A stretch of 64,000 bases of DNA, taken from NCBI GenBank assembly GCA_030390025.1, contig CM059431.1, positions 101,930,001-101,994,000 of the forward strand, read 5' to 3'. This document shows positions 45,881 to 56,364 of this stretch, one piece after another (within the stretch, counting starts at the first letter, position 1; each line of letters starts with the position of its first letter). Under the pieces are notes generated by a model. The model made no database searches and was not told where the DNA came from. It saw only the letters and a program-made list of their open reading frames with translations. This stretch comes from Squalus acanthias. Its lineage: Eukaryota. The position numbers were made by a program, and so were the translations under genes.

Positions 45881-48800
45881 TGTGGTAACACAATACAGCT
45901 TCCTGTGACTCGAACTTTATTGCATCACTTCCTGTGATTAGTCCAGGATAAATACTGGACTGATCAGTTGAATCCTGGAGAGGCATAGAGTAAGACCTCT
46001 TTTGTATGTAGCACCTTTTTAGTTGATTAAAGCTTACTTTAAGTTCACCACGTGTAAGGCTCATTCTTACGACAATTTAATCAACTTTGAAAAACTTCGC
46101 ACTCAAACTTTTTGGACGAACTCGGAACTAAGGATCCAGGGAATCACCCATCATGGAAAACATCCTTAAACCATCGCGTCTTGACTTGGACCCAAACACC
46201 CCAGCAGCCGGTAAGGTGTGGAAACACTGGTATCGCACGTTTGACAATTTTCTCGAATATTGCAAGGCTGATGATGACTCAAAGTTGCGGATACTCATCA
46301 ACTGTGTCACCCCAAATGTATTTCAGTATGTCGAGGAATGGGGCAGTTACGAGGAGGCAATTCGGACGCTTAAAAGACTATATACTAAGACACCGAATGA
46401 GGTCTATGCCAGACATCTACTAGCTACAGCCCAACAAGGGCCGGAGGAATCCATTGATAAATTCCTCCAAGAGCTTCGCAGACTTAGTATGGACTGTAAC
46501 TTTCAGGCGGCCTCAGCTGAGCTGTACCGTGAAGAAATGATCCGTGATGCTTTCATCTGCGGGCTTGCCTCCCCATTTATACGCCAGCGTCTACTGGAAA
46601 GTAAGACACTTGAGCTTCAGAGAGCTTATGACATGGCTTGCTCTCTAGATCTGGCAAAAAGAAATGCAGACCTTTATACAGTGCCCAGACCTCGGTCTGC
46701 TGCCTTAACTACAGTCAGGCAATTTAAGAGGCCACAGGTGAACTCTATTAGGGAGGACTTTATCCCTGACGATCAATCTGATGACTTCACTGATGAAGAG
46801 GATGATGACCCCACTGTGGCAGCCTCTTGGCAATCTAAGAAATGCTTCTTTTGTGGTGATGAGTTTCACCCTCGGAAATTCTGCCCTGCTCGCAATGCGT
46901 TTTGCAGTCATTGCAACAAAAAGGGTCATTTTGCAAAGATTTGCCTATCAAGAGCCTCTACGAGGGCTTATCAAGCTAAGTCCTACCGAACTGCCCCGGT
47001 AAGGGCCTATCAAGATGTTCCGGCTAAAATCTATCGTGCTTCCTCTCGGGTTTTCTCTCGAAGAAACACACCTAGAGTTTCAGCCACTCTTTGTGCAACG
47101 ACACCAATTACAGCTGCTTGTCCTCAGAACCTATTCCATGCAGCTACAAAAGCATCAATTAATGGACATACTTTAGATGCCTTAATTGACTCAGGTAGCA
47201 CTGATAGTTTCATTAGGGAACAGATTGTTGCAGAGTTAAAGCTACATGTTTTCCCATCAGACCAGGCAATTGCGATGGCTCAGTCATCACTTAATACCAG
47301 AATTTCTGGCTTTTGTATGGTTGAAATAACACTTAATGGTCACAGGTATCCCTCCACCCGGCTTTCGGTGCTCAAGGACTTATGTAGTGATCTTATCTTA
47401 GGGCTGGATTTTCAAAAGCAGCATAAGAAGCTCACCATTGAGTTCGGCGGATCCAAACCTGAACTCACTATTTCTAATATACGACCTCGATTACCGTTCT
47501 GTGCATTGTCAGCAGCTTCACTGGATGAACCCTCACTGTTTACCAGTATCCCTCCTCGATGCAAACCGATTATAACAAAGTCACGACGTTTCAGTCAGGA
47601 AGACCAGTCTTTTATTGCGGCTGAGATTTCTCGGCTTTTAGCAGAGGATATCATCGAGCCTTGTTCGTTGCCATGGCGCGCCCAGGTCGTTATTGTTAAG
47701 AACCCTCTACAACCTCACAAGAAACGGCTGTGCATTGACTATTCACAGACCATCAATCAATATACGGATTTGGACGCATACCCATTGCCGCGCATCGATG
47801 ATATGGTTAATAAACTGGCTGAGTACACGGTGTTCTCAACATATGATCTGAAAAGTGCCCATCATCAGGTACCCTTGAAGGTCTCAGACAAGCAGTATAC
47901 GGCCTTTGAAGCCAATGGACGGCTGTATCAATTTTGTCGCCTCCCCTTTGGGGTCACTAATGGAGTGGCTGTCTTCCAGCGAGCAATGGATGACCTGGTC
48001 AAACAGGAAGACTTGAAGGATACGTTTCCTTATCTGGACAATATTACTGTCGCAGGTCGCAATCAGCGGGAACATGACGCCAATCTCCAACGATTTTGGG
48101 ATGCACTCCAGCACCGTAATTTGACATTAAATGCGGCTAAATCCATTGAGTCACAACCAACCATCAACATCCTTGGCTATTGTGTGGGCAATGGCATCAT
48201 TAAACCTGACCCTGAAAGGCTTCGCCCACTCCAAGAACTCCCGCCACCTAAGAATCCGGCCTCCTTGCGCCGGGCCCTCGGCCTGTTTGCATACTATGCT
48301 AAATGGATTCCTAACTTCTCGGGCCGAATCCAACCTCTACTGAAGGCCAGCACATTCCCACTAGACACAGCGGCTGTTGCAGCCTTTAACCTCCTGAAAA
48401 AACAGTTGGAGAAAGCGGCTCTTCTCTCCATCGATGAGAGTCTTCCTTTTGTTGTTGAGTGTGATGCCTCGGAGGTGGCGATCTCGGCCACTCTGAATCA
48501 GGAAGGTCGTCCGGTGGCATTTTTGTCCAGGACTTTTCAAGGGGCTGAGCTACATTATCCTCCAGTCGAGAAAGAAGCTACAGCCATCATAGAGGCAGTA
48601 CGGAAGTGGACTCATCTCCTAGCTCGCCAGCACTTTACCTTAATCACGGACCAGCGATCGGTCGCCTTCATGCTCGATAATCGAAAACGGACCAAAATTA
48701 AAAATAATAAAATCCAGCTTTGGCGGCTGGAATTGGCCTCTTTTGGTTACACCATCCACTATCGACCTGGCAAGGAGAATGTGGCTCCGGATACCCTCAC

Positions 48801-50360
48801 ACGAGCATTCTGCTCCGCCATGGCACCCTCTACGCTCGTAGACATCCATGATGGGTTGTGTCATCCGGGCGTTACTCGCATGCTACACTTCGTGCGGTCC
48901 CGAAATCTCCCATTCTCTACCGGGGATGTAAAGAAGATGTGCTCGGACTGCAGAGTCTGTGCGGAATTGAAACCTCAGTTTTTCCGCCCCTCGGGTGGTA
49001 TACTCATACATGCGACCCAGCCAATGCAACGGCTTAGCATCGATTTTAAGGGGCCGTTGCCCTCTTCAACTCGCAACACTTATCTATTGACCATGGTCGA
49101 TGAGTATTCCCTTTTTCCGTTTGCCTTTCCCTGCCCCAATATGCTGACGACCACGGTTATCAGCTGCCTTGAGCAGGTATTTGCTTTCTGTGGCATGGCA
49201 TCCTATGTTCATTCGGATCGGGGCCCTTCTTTTATGTCAGGAGAACTCAAGGCCTATCTCTCGGAACGGGGTATTGCTGCCAGCAGAACGACGCCTTATC
49301 ATCCGGTCGGGAATGGGCAAGTCGAGCGTTTTAACGCTATCATCTGGAATGCGGTACGTCTGGCTTTGAGATCTCGGGGCCTACCCAACCAGCAATGGGA
49401 AGCAGTACTTCCAGATGCATTACACTCCACACGGTCCCTTCTTTCGACCGCCACAAATACGACGCCTCATGAACGGTTCTTCCGATTTCAGCGTCGCTCA
49501 TCCTATGGGATATCTCTCCCGTCGTGGCTGACTGCACCGGGACCAGTGCTACTCCGAAGATATGTCCGGGCGTCTAAGAATGACCCCCTGGTAGATGAGG
49601 TTGAGCTCACTGACGTCAACCCTACCTACGCCTATATTCGGTATCCTGACGGTCGGGAATCTACCGTGTCATTGCGGGATCTGGCTCCCTGCCCGCCGAA
49701 ACATAGAGGGACACCAGGGGATGATATTGTACCAGGCACATCTCTGGGCTCGCCAGGTGCCTCTCATCACGATCTGGATCTGACGCCGGCTGGTACCTCA
49801 CTCCAGCGTGCCGACCTGGGGCAGACTGACTATGAGCCCGTCGGGGCTTGCACGCGCAGCCACGATCCACCCTGTACCGTACGCTCGGAAACGGATCTGC
49901 CACAGCCCTGCCCGACACCCGTTCGGGCACCAGTACACAGTCAGGATCGTCCTGACCCCTCACAGAGCGGGCTGGACCACTCGGACTCTGGTCCACGGCC
50001 CGTGGCGGGTAAACGGGCTAGGGGCCCTCTACCGCTACGAGAACCCAAACGGGTGCGGCTCTCCCTCGTCCAGCGGCTACGAAATGGAGGGAGAATGTGG
50101 TAACACAATACAGCTTCCTGTGACTCGAACTTCATCCCGGCCTCCTAATCTTTTGGGGGGGGAGAATGTGGTAACACAATACAGCTTCCTGTGACTCGAA
50201 CTTTATTGCATCACTTCCTGTGATTAGTCCAGGATAAATACTGGACTGATCAGTTGAATCCTGGAGAGGCATAGAGTAAGACCTCTTTTGTATGTAGCAC
50301 CTTTTTAGTTGATTAAAGCTTACTTTAAGTTCACCACGCGTAAGGCTCATTCTTACGACA
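45881..50360 (+). mobile_element. Full-length Gypsy/Ty3 LTR retrotransposon
   Basis: LTRs 45881-46074 and 50167-50360 (194 bp, TG...CA, one T/C mismatch); TSD CTGGG (45876-45880, 50361-50365); [15 protein letters not shown] before the 3' LTR. Confidence 0.98.
46153..50103 (+). CDS. Gypsy Gag-Pol polyprotein, 1316 aa, single uninterrupted ORF
   Basis: Two CCHC knuckles (CFFCGDEFHPRKFC, CSHCNKKGHFAKIC), protease LIDSGS, RT (LPFG, YLDN), RNase H (CDAS..E..TD..D), integrase HHCC and D-D-E (IDFKG, SDRG, VERFN) in Gypsy order. Confidence 0.97.
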   Translation: MENILKPSRLDLDPNTPAAGKVWKHWYRTFDNFLEYCKADDDSKLRILINCVTPNVFQYVEEWGSYEEAIRTLKRLYTKTPNEVYARHLLATAQQGPEESIDKFLQELRRLSMDCNFQAASAELYREEMIRDAFICGLASPFIRQRLLESKTLELQRAYDMACSLDLAKRNADLYTVPRPRSAALTTVRQFKRPQVNSIREDFIPDDQSDDFTDEEDDDPTVAASWQSKKCFFCGDEFHPRKFCPARNAFCSHCNKKGHFAKICLSRASTRAYQAKSYRTAPVRAYQDVPAKIYRASSRVFSRRNTPRVSATLCATTPITAACPQNLFHAATKASINGHTLDALIDSGSTDSFIREQIVAELKLHVFPSDQAIAMAQSSLNTRISGFCMVEITLNGHRYPSTRLSVLKDLCSDLILGLDFQKQHKKLTIEFGGSKPELTISNIRPRLPFCALSAASLDEPSLFTSIPPRCKPIITKSRRFSQEDQSFIAAEISRLLAEDIIEPCSLPWRAQVVIVKNPLQPHKKRLCIDYSQTINQYTDLDAYPLPRIDDMVNKLAEYTVFSTYDLKSAHHQVPLKVSDKQYTAFEANGRLYQFCRLPFGVTNGVAVFQRAMDDLVKQEDLKDTFPYLDNITVAGRNQREHDANLQRFWDALQHRNLTLNAAKSIESQPTINILGYCVGNGIIKPDPERLRPLQELPPPKNPASLRRALGLFAYYAKWIPNFSGRIQPLLKASTFPLDTAAVAAFNLLKKQLEKAALLSIDESLPFVVECDASEVAISATLNQEGRPVAFLSRTFQGAELHYPPVEKEATAIIEAVRKWTHLLARQHFTLITDQRSVAFMLDNRKRTKIKNNKIQLWRLELASFGYTIHYRPGKENVAPDTLTRAFCSAMAPSTLVDIHDGLCHPGVTRMLHFVRSRNLPFSTGDVKKMCSDCRVCAELKPQFFRPSGGILIHATQPMQRLSIDFKGPLPSSTRNTYLLTMVDEYSLFPFAFPCPNMLTTTVISCLEQVFAFCGMASYVHSDRGPSFMSGELKAYLSERGIAASRTTPYHPVGNGQVERFNAIIWNAVRLALRSRGLPNQQWEAVLPDALHSTRSLLSTATNTTPHERFFRFQRRSSYGISLPSWLTAPGPVLLRRYVRASKNDPLVDEVELTDVNPTYAYIRYPDGRESTVSLRDLAPCPPKHRGTPGDDIVPGTSLGSPGASHHDLDLTPAGTSLQRADLGQTDYEPVGACTRSHDPPCTVRSETDLPQPCPTPVRAPVHSQDRPDPSQSGLDHSDSGPRPVAGKRARGPLPLREPKRVRLSLVQRLRNGGRMW

Positions 50361-50822
50361 CTGGGTGTCCTTGTACACGAATCACAAAGTTAACATGCAG
50401 GTACAGCAAGCAATTAGGAAAGCAAATGGTATGTTGTCCTTTATTACAAGAGGATTTGAGTATAAGAGTAAAGACGTCTTACTGCAATTATATAGGGCCC
50501 TGGTGAGACCACACCCAGAGTATTGTGTACAGTTTAGGTCTCCTGACCTAAGGAAGGATATACTTGCCATAGAGGGAGTGCAACAAAGGTTCACCAGACT
50601 GATTCCTGGGATGGGGGGATTGTCCTGAGGAGAGATTGAGTAGACTAGGCCTATATTCTCTAAAATTTAGAAGAATGAGATGTGATCTCATGAAAACATA
50701 CAAAATTCTTACAGGGCTTGACAGGGTAGATGCAGGGAGGATGTTTCCCCTGGCTGGGAAGTCTAGAACCAGGGGTCACAGTCTCAGGATAAGGGGTCGG
50801 CCATTTAGGACTGAGATGAGGA

Positions 50823-51757
50823 GTTATACAGCACAGAAAGAGGCCCTTCGGCCCATCGTGTCTGCGCCGGCCATCAAGCCCTATCTAGTCTAATCCCATT
50901 TTCCAGCACTTGGTCCGTAGCCTTGTATGCTATGGCGTTTCAAGTGCTCATCTAAATGCTTCTTGAATGTTGTGAGGGTTCCTGCCTCTACCACCCTTTC
51001 AGGCAGTGAGTTCCAGATTCCAACCACCTTCTGGGTGAAAAAGTTTTTCCTCAAATCCCCTCTAAACCTTCTGCCCCTTACCTTGAAACTATGCCCCCTG
51101 GTTATTGACCCCTCTACTAAGGGGAAAAGTTCCTTTCTATCTACCCTATCTATGCCCCTCATAAATTTTTACACCTCAATCAGGTCCCCCCTCAGCCTTC
51201 TCTGCTCTAAGGAAAACAACCCCAGCCTGTCCAGTGTCTCTTCATAGCTGAAGCGCTGCAGCCCAGGTAACATCCTGGTGAATCTCCTCTGCACCCTCTC
51301 CAATGCAATCACATCCTTCCTATAGTGTGGCGACCAGAACTGCACACAGTATTCCAGCTGTGGCCTAACTAGCGCTTTGTACAGCTCCATCATAACCTCC
51401 CTGCTCTTATATTCTATGCCTCGGCTAATGAAGGCAAGTATCCCATATGCCTTCTTAACCACCTTATCTACCTGTCCTGCTGCCTTCAGGGATCTATGTA
51501 CACGCACACCAAGGTCCCTCTGATCCTCTGTCCTTCCTAGGGTCCTACCATTCATTGTGTATTCCCTTGCCTTGTTAGTCCTCCCAAAATGCATTACCTC
51601 ACACTTTTCAGGGTTAAATTCCATTTGCCACTGTTCTGCCCATCTGACCAACCCGTCTATATCGTCCTGTAGCTAAGGCTTCCCTCCTCGCTATTTACCA
51701 CCCCACCAATTTTCGTGTCATCTGCGAACTTACTGATCATACCTCCTACAATCATAT
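50823..51757 (-). mobile_element. CR1 LINE 3' fragment inserted antisense in the host CR1
   Basis: WAEQWQMEFNPEKC...[13 protein letters not shown]...WNSLP on the minus strand. Confidence 0.88.
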
Positions 51758-52789
51758 CCACTCAGAGGGTGGTGAATCTTTGGAATTCTCTACCCTAGAG
51801 GGCTGTGGAGGCTCAGTCGTTGAGTATATTGAAGTATATACAGGTGTTTTAATGTTTAAATAAGTCAAAAAAAATTATTTTTATACTCATTTAAACTCTT
51901 ACGCTGGTAAAAGCAGGCCTTACTCCTGCTTTGAGCAGGCGTAAGAATTTCACGGGCATTCGCCGGGCACTAGTTGGGCAAATAGCGCAACTCTCCGCCG
52001 GCGGAGGCCCCTTTTCCCGGGGATGGCTACGAGCAGTCAAGAAGATTCTTTTACGTCCACCCGAGAGAGCAGACGGGGCCTCGGTTTAACGTCTCATACC
52101 GAAAGACGGCACCTCCGACAGTGCAGCACTCCCTCAGTACTGCGCTGGAGTGTCAGCCTAGATTTTTATGTGCTCAAGTCCCTGGAGTGGGATGAGGGAC
52201 TTCAGTTATGTGGAGAGACTGGAGAAGCTGGGGTTGTTCTCCTTGGAGCAGAGAAGGTTAAAGGGAGATTTAATAGAGGTGTTCAAAATCATGAAGGGTT
52301 TTGATAGAGTAAATAGGGAGACACTGTTTCCAGTGGCAGGAGGGTCGGTAACCAGAGGACACAGATTTAAGATAATTGACAAAAGAACCAGAGGGGGAGA
52401 TGAGGAGAATTTTTTTTTATGCAGCGAGTTGTTGTGATCTGGAATGCGCTGCCTGAAAGGGCGGTGGAAGCAGATTCAATAGTAACTTTCAAAAAGGAAT
52501 TGAATAAATACTTGAAGGGAAAGATTTGCAGGGCTACAGGGAAAGAGCAGGGGGGAGTGGGACTAATTGGAGAGCTCTTTCAAAGAGCCGGCACAGGCAT
52601 GATGGGCCGAATGGCCTCCTTCTGTGCTGTATCGTTCTATGATTCTCTATGTTCTGATGTGCCTCTTGCCAGCCTGTAGAACACAACATTGAAGCTGCTC
52701 ACAGGGCACATTGTCCCACCAGTGTTATTGCCACGGATTTATTTTGGAAGATTTTTAGTTATGTAACATAAAGCCCTCATTCTGAATGA

Positions 52790-53130
52790 TCCAGGGAGTG
52801 CTGCATTGTCGGAGGTGCCGTCTTTCGGACGAGACGTTAAATCGAGGCCCCCTCTGCCCTCTCAGCTGGATGTAAAAGATCCCATGGCACTATTTCGAAG
52901 AAGAGCAGGGGAGTTCTCCCCGATGACCTGGCCAATATTTATCCCTCAATCAACATCACTAAAAACAGATTATCTGGTCATGATCACGTTGCTGTTGTTG
53001 GGAGCTTGCTGTGCGCAAATTGGCTGCCGCATTTCCTACAACAGTGACCACACTTCAAAAGTACCTCATTGGTTGTAAAGCGCTTTGGGAGGTCCCGAGG
53101 TTGTGAAAGGCGCTATAGAAATGCAAGTTC
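52790..53130 (+). mobile_element. Deu-SINE body and tail
   Basis: GGAGTGCTGCATTGTCGGAGGTGCCGTCTTTCGGACGAGACGTTAAA ... GGCGCTATAGAAATGCAAGT. Confidence 0.75.
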
Positions 53131-53859
53131 TTCTTCACAGCATAACGCCAAAGCTGTTGTTTTCGGTTTCAGCTGTAAGACTTGGGTTAGCTCAGATCTC
53201 GAGCTCTCAATCCCAGGGGCCAGTGCACAATCCACCGCGGAACACCTGTGAACACAAACACATCTTCACTGTACTGAGGTCGGGAGCTTCAGATACTCGT
53301 GTCTCTGGTCTGAATCAGGGGGTGGGGGAACCAATTAAGCTCAGCCTATCAACAGGGTTTGAGCAGAGCTGGCAATGTAAGGGCAATTGTAGGAGGACTA
53401 TTTATGATCAGCAAGACTCAGTGACACGGTTTGGAGATACAGTTAATGATTTGGAGCTCTGTTTGTTCAAAGACTGATGTACAACAAAATAGTTCCTGTT
53501 TCAAACCCAAGTTGTTACTGCTAATGAGTGTCACTTTTCTAGAGTGAATAAAACGTACTCTTATTGCTAGACTACCCGAGACTAGGATGTTCAGTAAGTG
53601 TATGGAGATAAATTACATATTCTACACAGGAGCTATTTAAGGAGCAGCATAGAGCCGTGGAAATTATTCACGTACAACATATAGATGGAGCGTTGGGGCC
53701 GTAATAAAACATTAAAGATGGGACAATTCTCTGAGGCAGGAAATGAAAAAAACGAAGATGTTGTTGTTTCGTATGACAGGAAAAGGTCAAAAGAAGACAT
53801 TTAAAGAGGAGCTGAGGTTGCTAACAAGCTAATTTAAGCTGTCATTAGCTAGTGTGGCA

Positions 53860-54154
53860 GCAGCTGTTGGTAATGGTTCTGCTGTTGGCATTTACGCCTC
53901 CTCTAGATCCATCCTTTGTTTCTTGTCCCATTACCACCCCCTTTCACCAACATTCCTTTTGTCCTTTAATCACTCCTGCCTTCCACCCTATCACAGACCT
54001 TCCCTTTATGTCTTGCCTCCCCTCCCCCCTTTCCCTGCCTCTGTACTTGCTTAAAATCTGTTAAATCTCTAACATCTTCCAGTTCTGATGAAAGGTCATC
54101 GACCTGAAACGTTAACTCTGTTTCTCTCTCCACAGATGCTGCCTGACCTGCTGA
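53860..54154 (+). mobile_element. Penelope 3' UTR/pLTR fragment with intact hammerhead core (54081-54117)
   Basis: AGTT-CTGATGA-A-AGGTC(ATC)GACCT-GAAA-C-GTT-AACT; similar to the pLTR at ~44915. Confidence 0.75.
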
Positions 54155-54197
54155 GTGACGGGGCCTCGGTTTAACCTCTCGTCCGAAAGACGGCACC

Positions 54198-55234
54198 TCC
54201 AACAGTGCAGCGCTCCCTCAGTACCGCCCCTCCGACAGTGCGGCGCTCCCTCAGTTCCGACAGTGCGGCGCTCCCTCAGTACTGCCCCTCCGACAGTGCG
54301 GCGCTCCCTCAGTACTGCCCCTCCGACAGTGCGGCGCTCCCTCAGTTCCGACAGTGCGGCGCTCCCTCAGTACTGCCCCTCCGACAGTGCGGCGCTCCCT
54401 CAGTTCCGACAGTGCAGCGCTCCCTCAGTACCGCCCCTCCGACAGTGCAGCGCTCCGACAGTGCGGCGCTCCCTCAGTACCGCCCCTCCGACAGTGCGGC
54501 GCTCCCTCAGTACCGCCCCTCCGACAGTGCGGCGCTCCCTCAGTGCCGCCCCTCCGACAGTGCGGCGCTCCCTCAGTGCCGCCCCTCCGACAGTGCGGCG
54601 CTCCCTCAGTGCCGCCCCTCCGACAGTGCGGCGCTCCCTCAGTGCCGCCCCTCCGACAGTGCGGCGCTCCCTCAGTGCCGCCCCTCCGACAGTGCGGCGC
54701 TCCCTCAGTGCCGCCCCTCCGACAGTGCGGCGCTCCCTCAGTGCCGCCCCTCCCGACAGTGCGGCGCTCCCTCAGTACCGCCCCTCCGACAGTGCGGCGC
54801 TCCCTCAGTACCGCCCCTCCTACAGTGCGGCGCTCCCTCAGTGCCGCCCCTCCCGACAGTGCGGCGCTCCCTCAGTGCCGCCCCTCCGACAGTGCGGCGC
54901 TCCCTCAGTGCCGCCCCTCCGACAGTGCGGCGCTCCCTCAGTGCCGCCCCTCCGACAGTGCGGCGCTCCCTCAGTGCCGCCCCTCCGACAGTGCGGCGCT
55001 CCCTCAGTGCCGCCCCTCCGACAGTGCGGCGCTCCCTCAGTGCCGCCCCTCCGACAGTGCGGCGCTCCCTCAGTGCCGCCCCTCCGACAGTGCGGCGCTC
55101 CCTCAGTGCCGCCCCTCCGACAGTGCGGCGCTCCCTCAGTGCCGCCCCTCCGACAGTGCGGCGCTCCCTCAGTGCTGCCCCTCCGACAGTGCGGCGCTCC
55201 CTCAGTACTGCCCCTCCGACAGTGCGGCGCTCCC
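54198..55234. repeat. 33-bp CpG-rich minisatellite derived from a Deu-SINE (CCGACAGTGCGGCGCTCCCTCAGTGCCGCCCCT), ~30 copies
   Basis: Begins directly after SINE sequence gacggggcctcggtttaac..gaaagacggcacct; the unit equals the next SINE segment (compare 52115-52145). Confidence 0.92.
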
Positions 55235-55239
55235 TTCAC

Positions 55240-56164
55240 CATTGTCGCTAAGTCCCGCCCCTTGCATGCTACAGGGCCCCCTCGCGGCCGGCGGCCCTCC
55301 ATGTTCTGGAAGCCCCGCCCCCTGCCAGCCACAGCGCCCCCTGGCGGCCCTCTCTGCGCCGTGCTCCCTCTGCCTTCAGCGCGATGACGTCGATGCGTAA
55401 GTCCCGCCCCCTCCGTTCTATCGCCAACGCCTGTCCCCCCTTGGAAACGCCCCAACCCGTTGACTTGGTAGTCGCCCCGCCCCCTCTCCGCCGTCGACAG
55501 CGGCTTCTGGCGGCCGGCGGTTCGCAATGTGTGTAAAAAAAAGCAAAACACTGCGGATGCTGGAAATCGGAAATAACAGACAGAAAAATGCTGTAAACGC
55601 TCAGCGGGTCAGGCAGCATCTGTGGAGAGAGAGACAGAGTTAACTTTTCAGGTCGGTGACCGTTGGTCAGAAACGGTCTCAACGTTTTGCCCTTGCAGAG
55701 GCTCCTACGTGGTGACGTTTTGACGTTACCATTAAGTCCTGCCCCCGCAGCCTGGCCCTCCCCTCCGCCCACAGCGGCCTCTGGCGGCCGGCGCTTCTCA
55801 ACGCGCGGCGCTCCCACGGCAAGGAGCGAGGTGACGTTGCGGTCAAGCCACGCCCCCGATCGTCGGCCACGCCCCCTCACCGCCCTCCACCGACAGCGTC
55901 CTCACCGGGCTGGAGGTTCTCGACGTACAGCAGGCCCTGCGCGGTGACGTTACGGTTAAGCCACGCCTCCCTCTCCTCCCGGGCCCCTGGCCCCGCCCCC
56001 TCCCCGCCTTCCGCCCACAGCGCCCTCTCCGGCCGGCGGGCGCCCCTCGCTGTGCGGCAGCGGCGCGGCCCCCGGCTGAGAAGATGGCGGCGGCCGAGTG
56101 AGGCGAGCGGCTGCCGCGCTCCGCTCTGCTCCCGGTCACTCCGGGCCCTTCGCTCCGCCTTCAG
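55240..56164 (+). promoter_or_regulatory. STK24: STK24 CpG-island promoter and putative non-coding exon 1 (ends 56164)
   Basis: Many GC boxes, TGACGT sites, CTCF-like sites, YY1 motif AAGATGGCGGC (56081), donor CAG|gtgcga at 56164/56165. Confidence 0.7.
55536..55671 (-). mobile_element. Penelope pLTR fragment inside the promoter
   Basis: Reverse complement resembles 44917-45045; hammerhead core decayed. Confidence 0.75.
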
Positions 56165-56364
56165 GTGCGAGGCCCGATTTTCACCTCGCGCTCAACAGGA
56201 AGCGCGGTGCGGGAGCTCGGGGCGGGGGGTGAGGGGAAGAGAGAGAGAGAGGCCGCGGGGAAACAGGCCGCGCCCCACCCCAACCCACCCCACCCGGAAA
56301 CACGCAACGGCCCCGGTGGGGACCGAGGCTGGGGGGGTGCCTGGGGGCCTGGGACTGTGCTGGG

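Larger units (their letters stand above)
45462..51830 (+). mobile_element. CR1 LINE RT/3' fragment split into three pieces (45462-45880, 50366-50822, 51758-51830)
   Basis: Nearly identical to 36545-37500; interrupted by the Gypsy element and by an antisense CR1. Confidence 0.85.

Noticed and set aside
49700..50103. env gene or chromodomain at the end of the Gypsy ORF
   Set aside because: Pro-rich low-complexity tail with no signal peptide, TM helix or aromatic-cage pattern, and no separate ORF before the 3' LTR.
54155..55551. 348-410 aa repetitive ORFs
   Set aside because: Open in several frames on both strands only because the 33-bp unit lacks stop codons.
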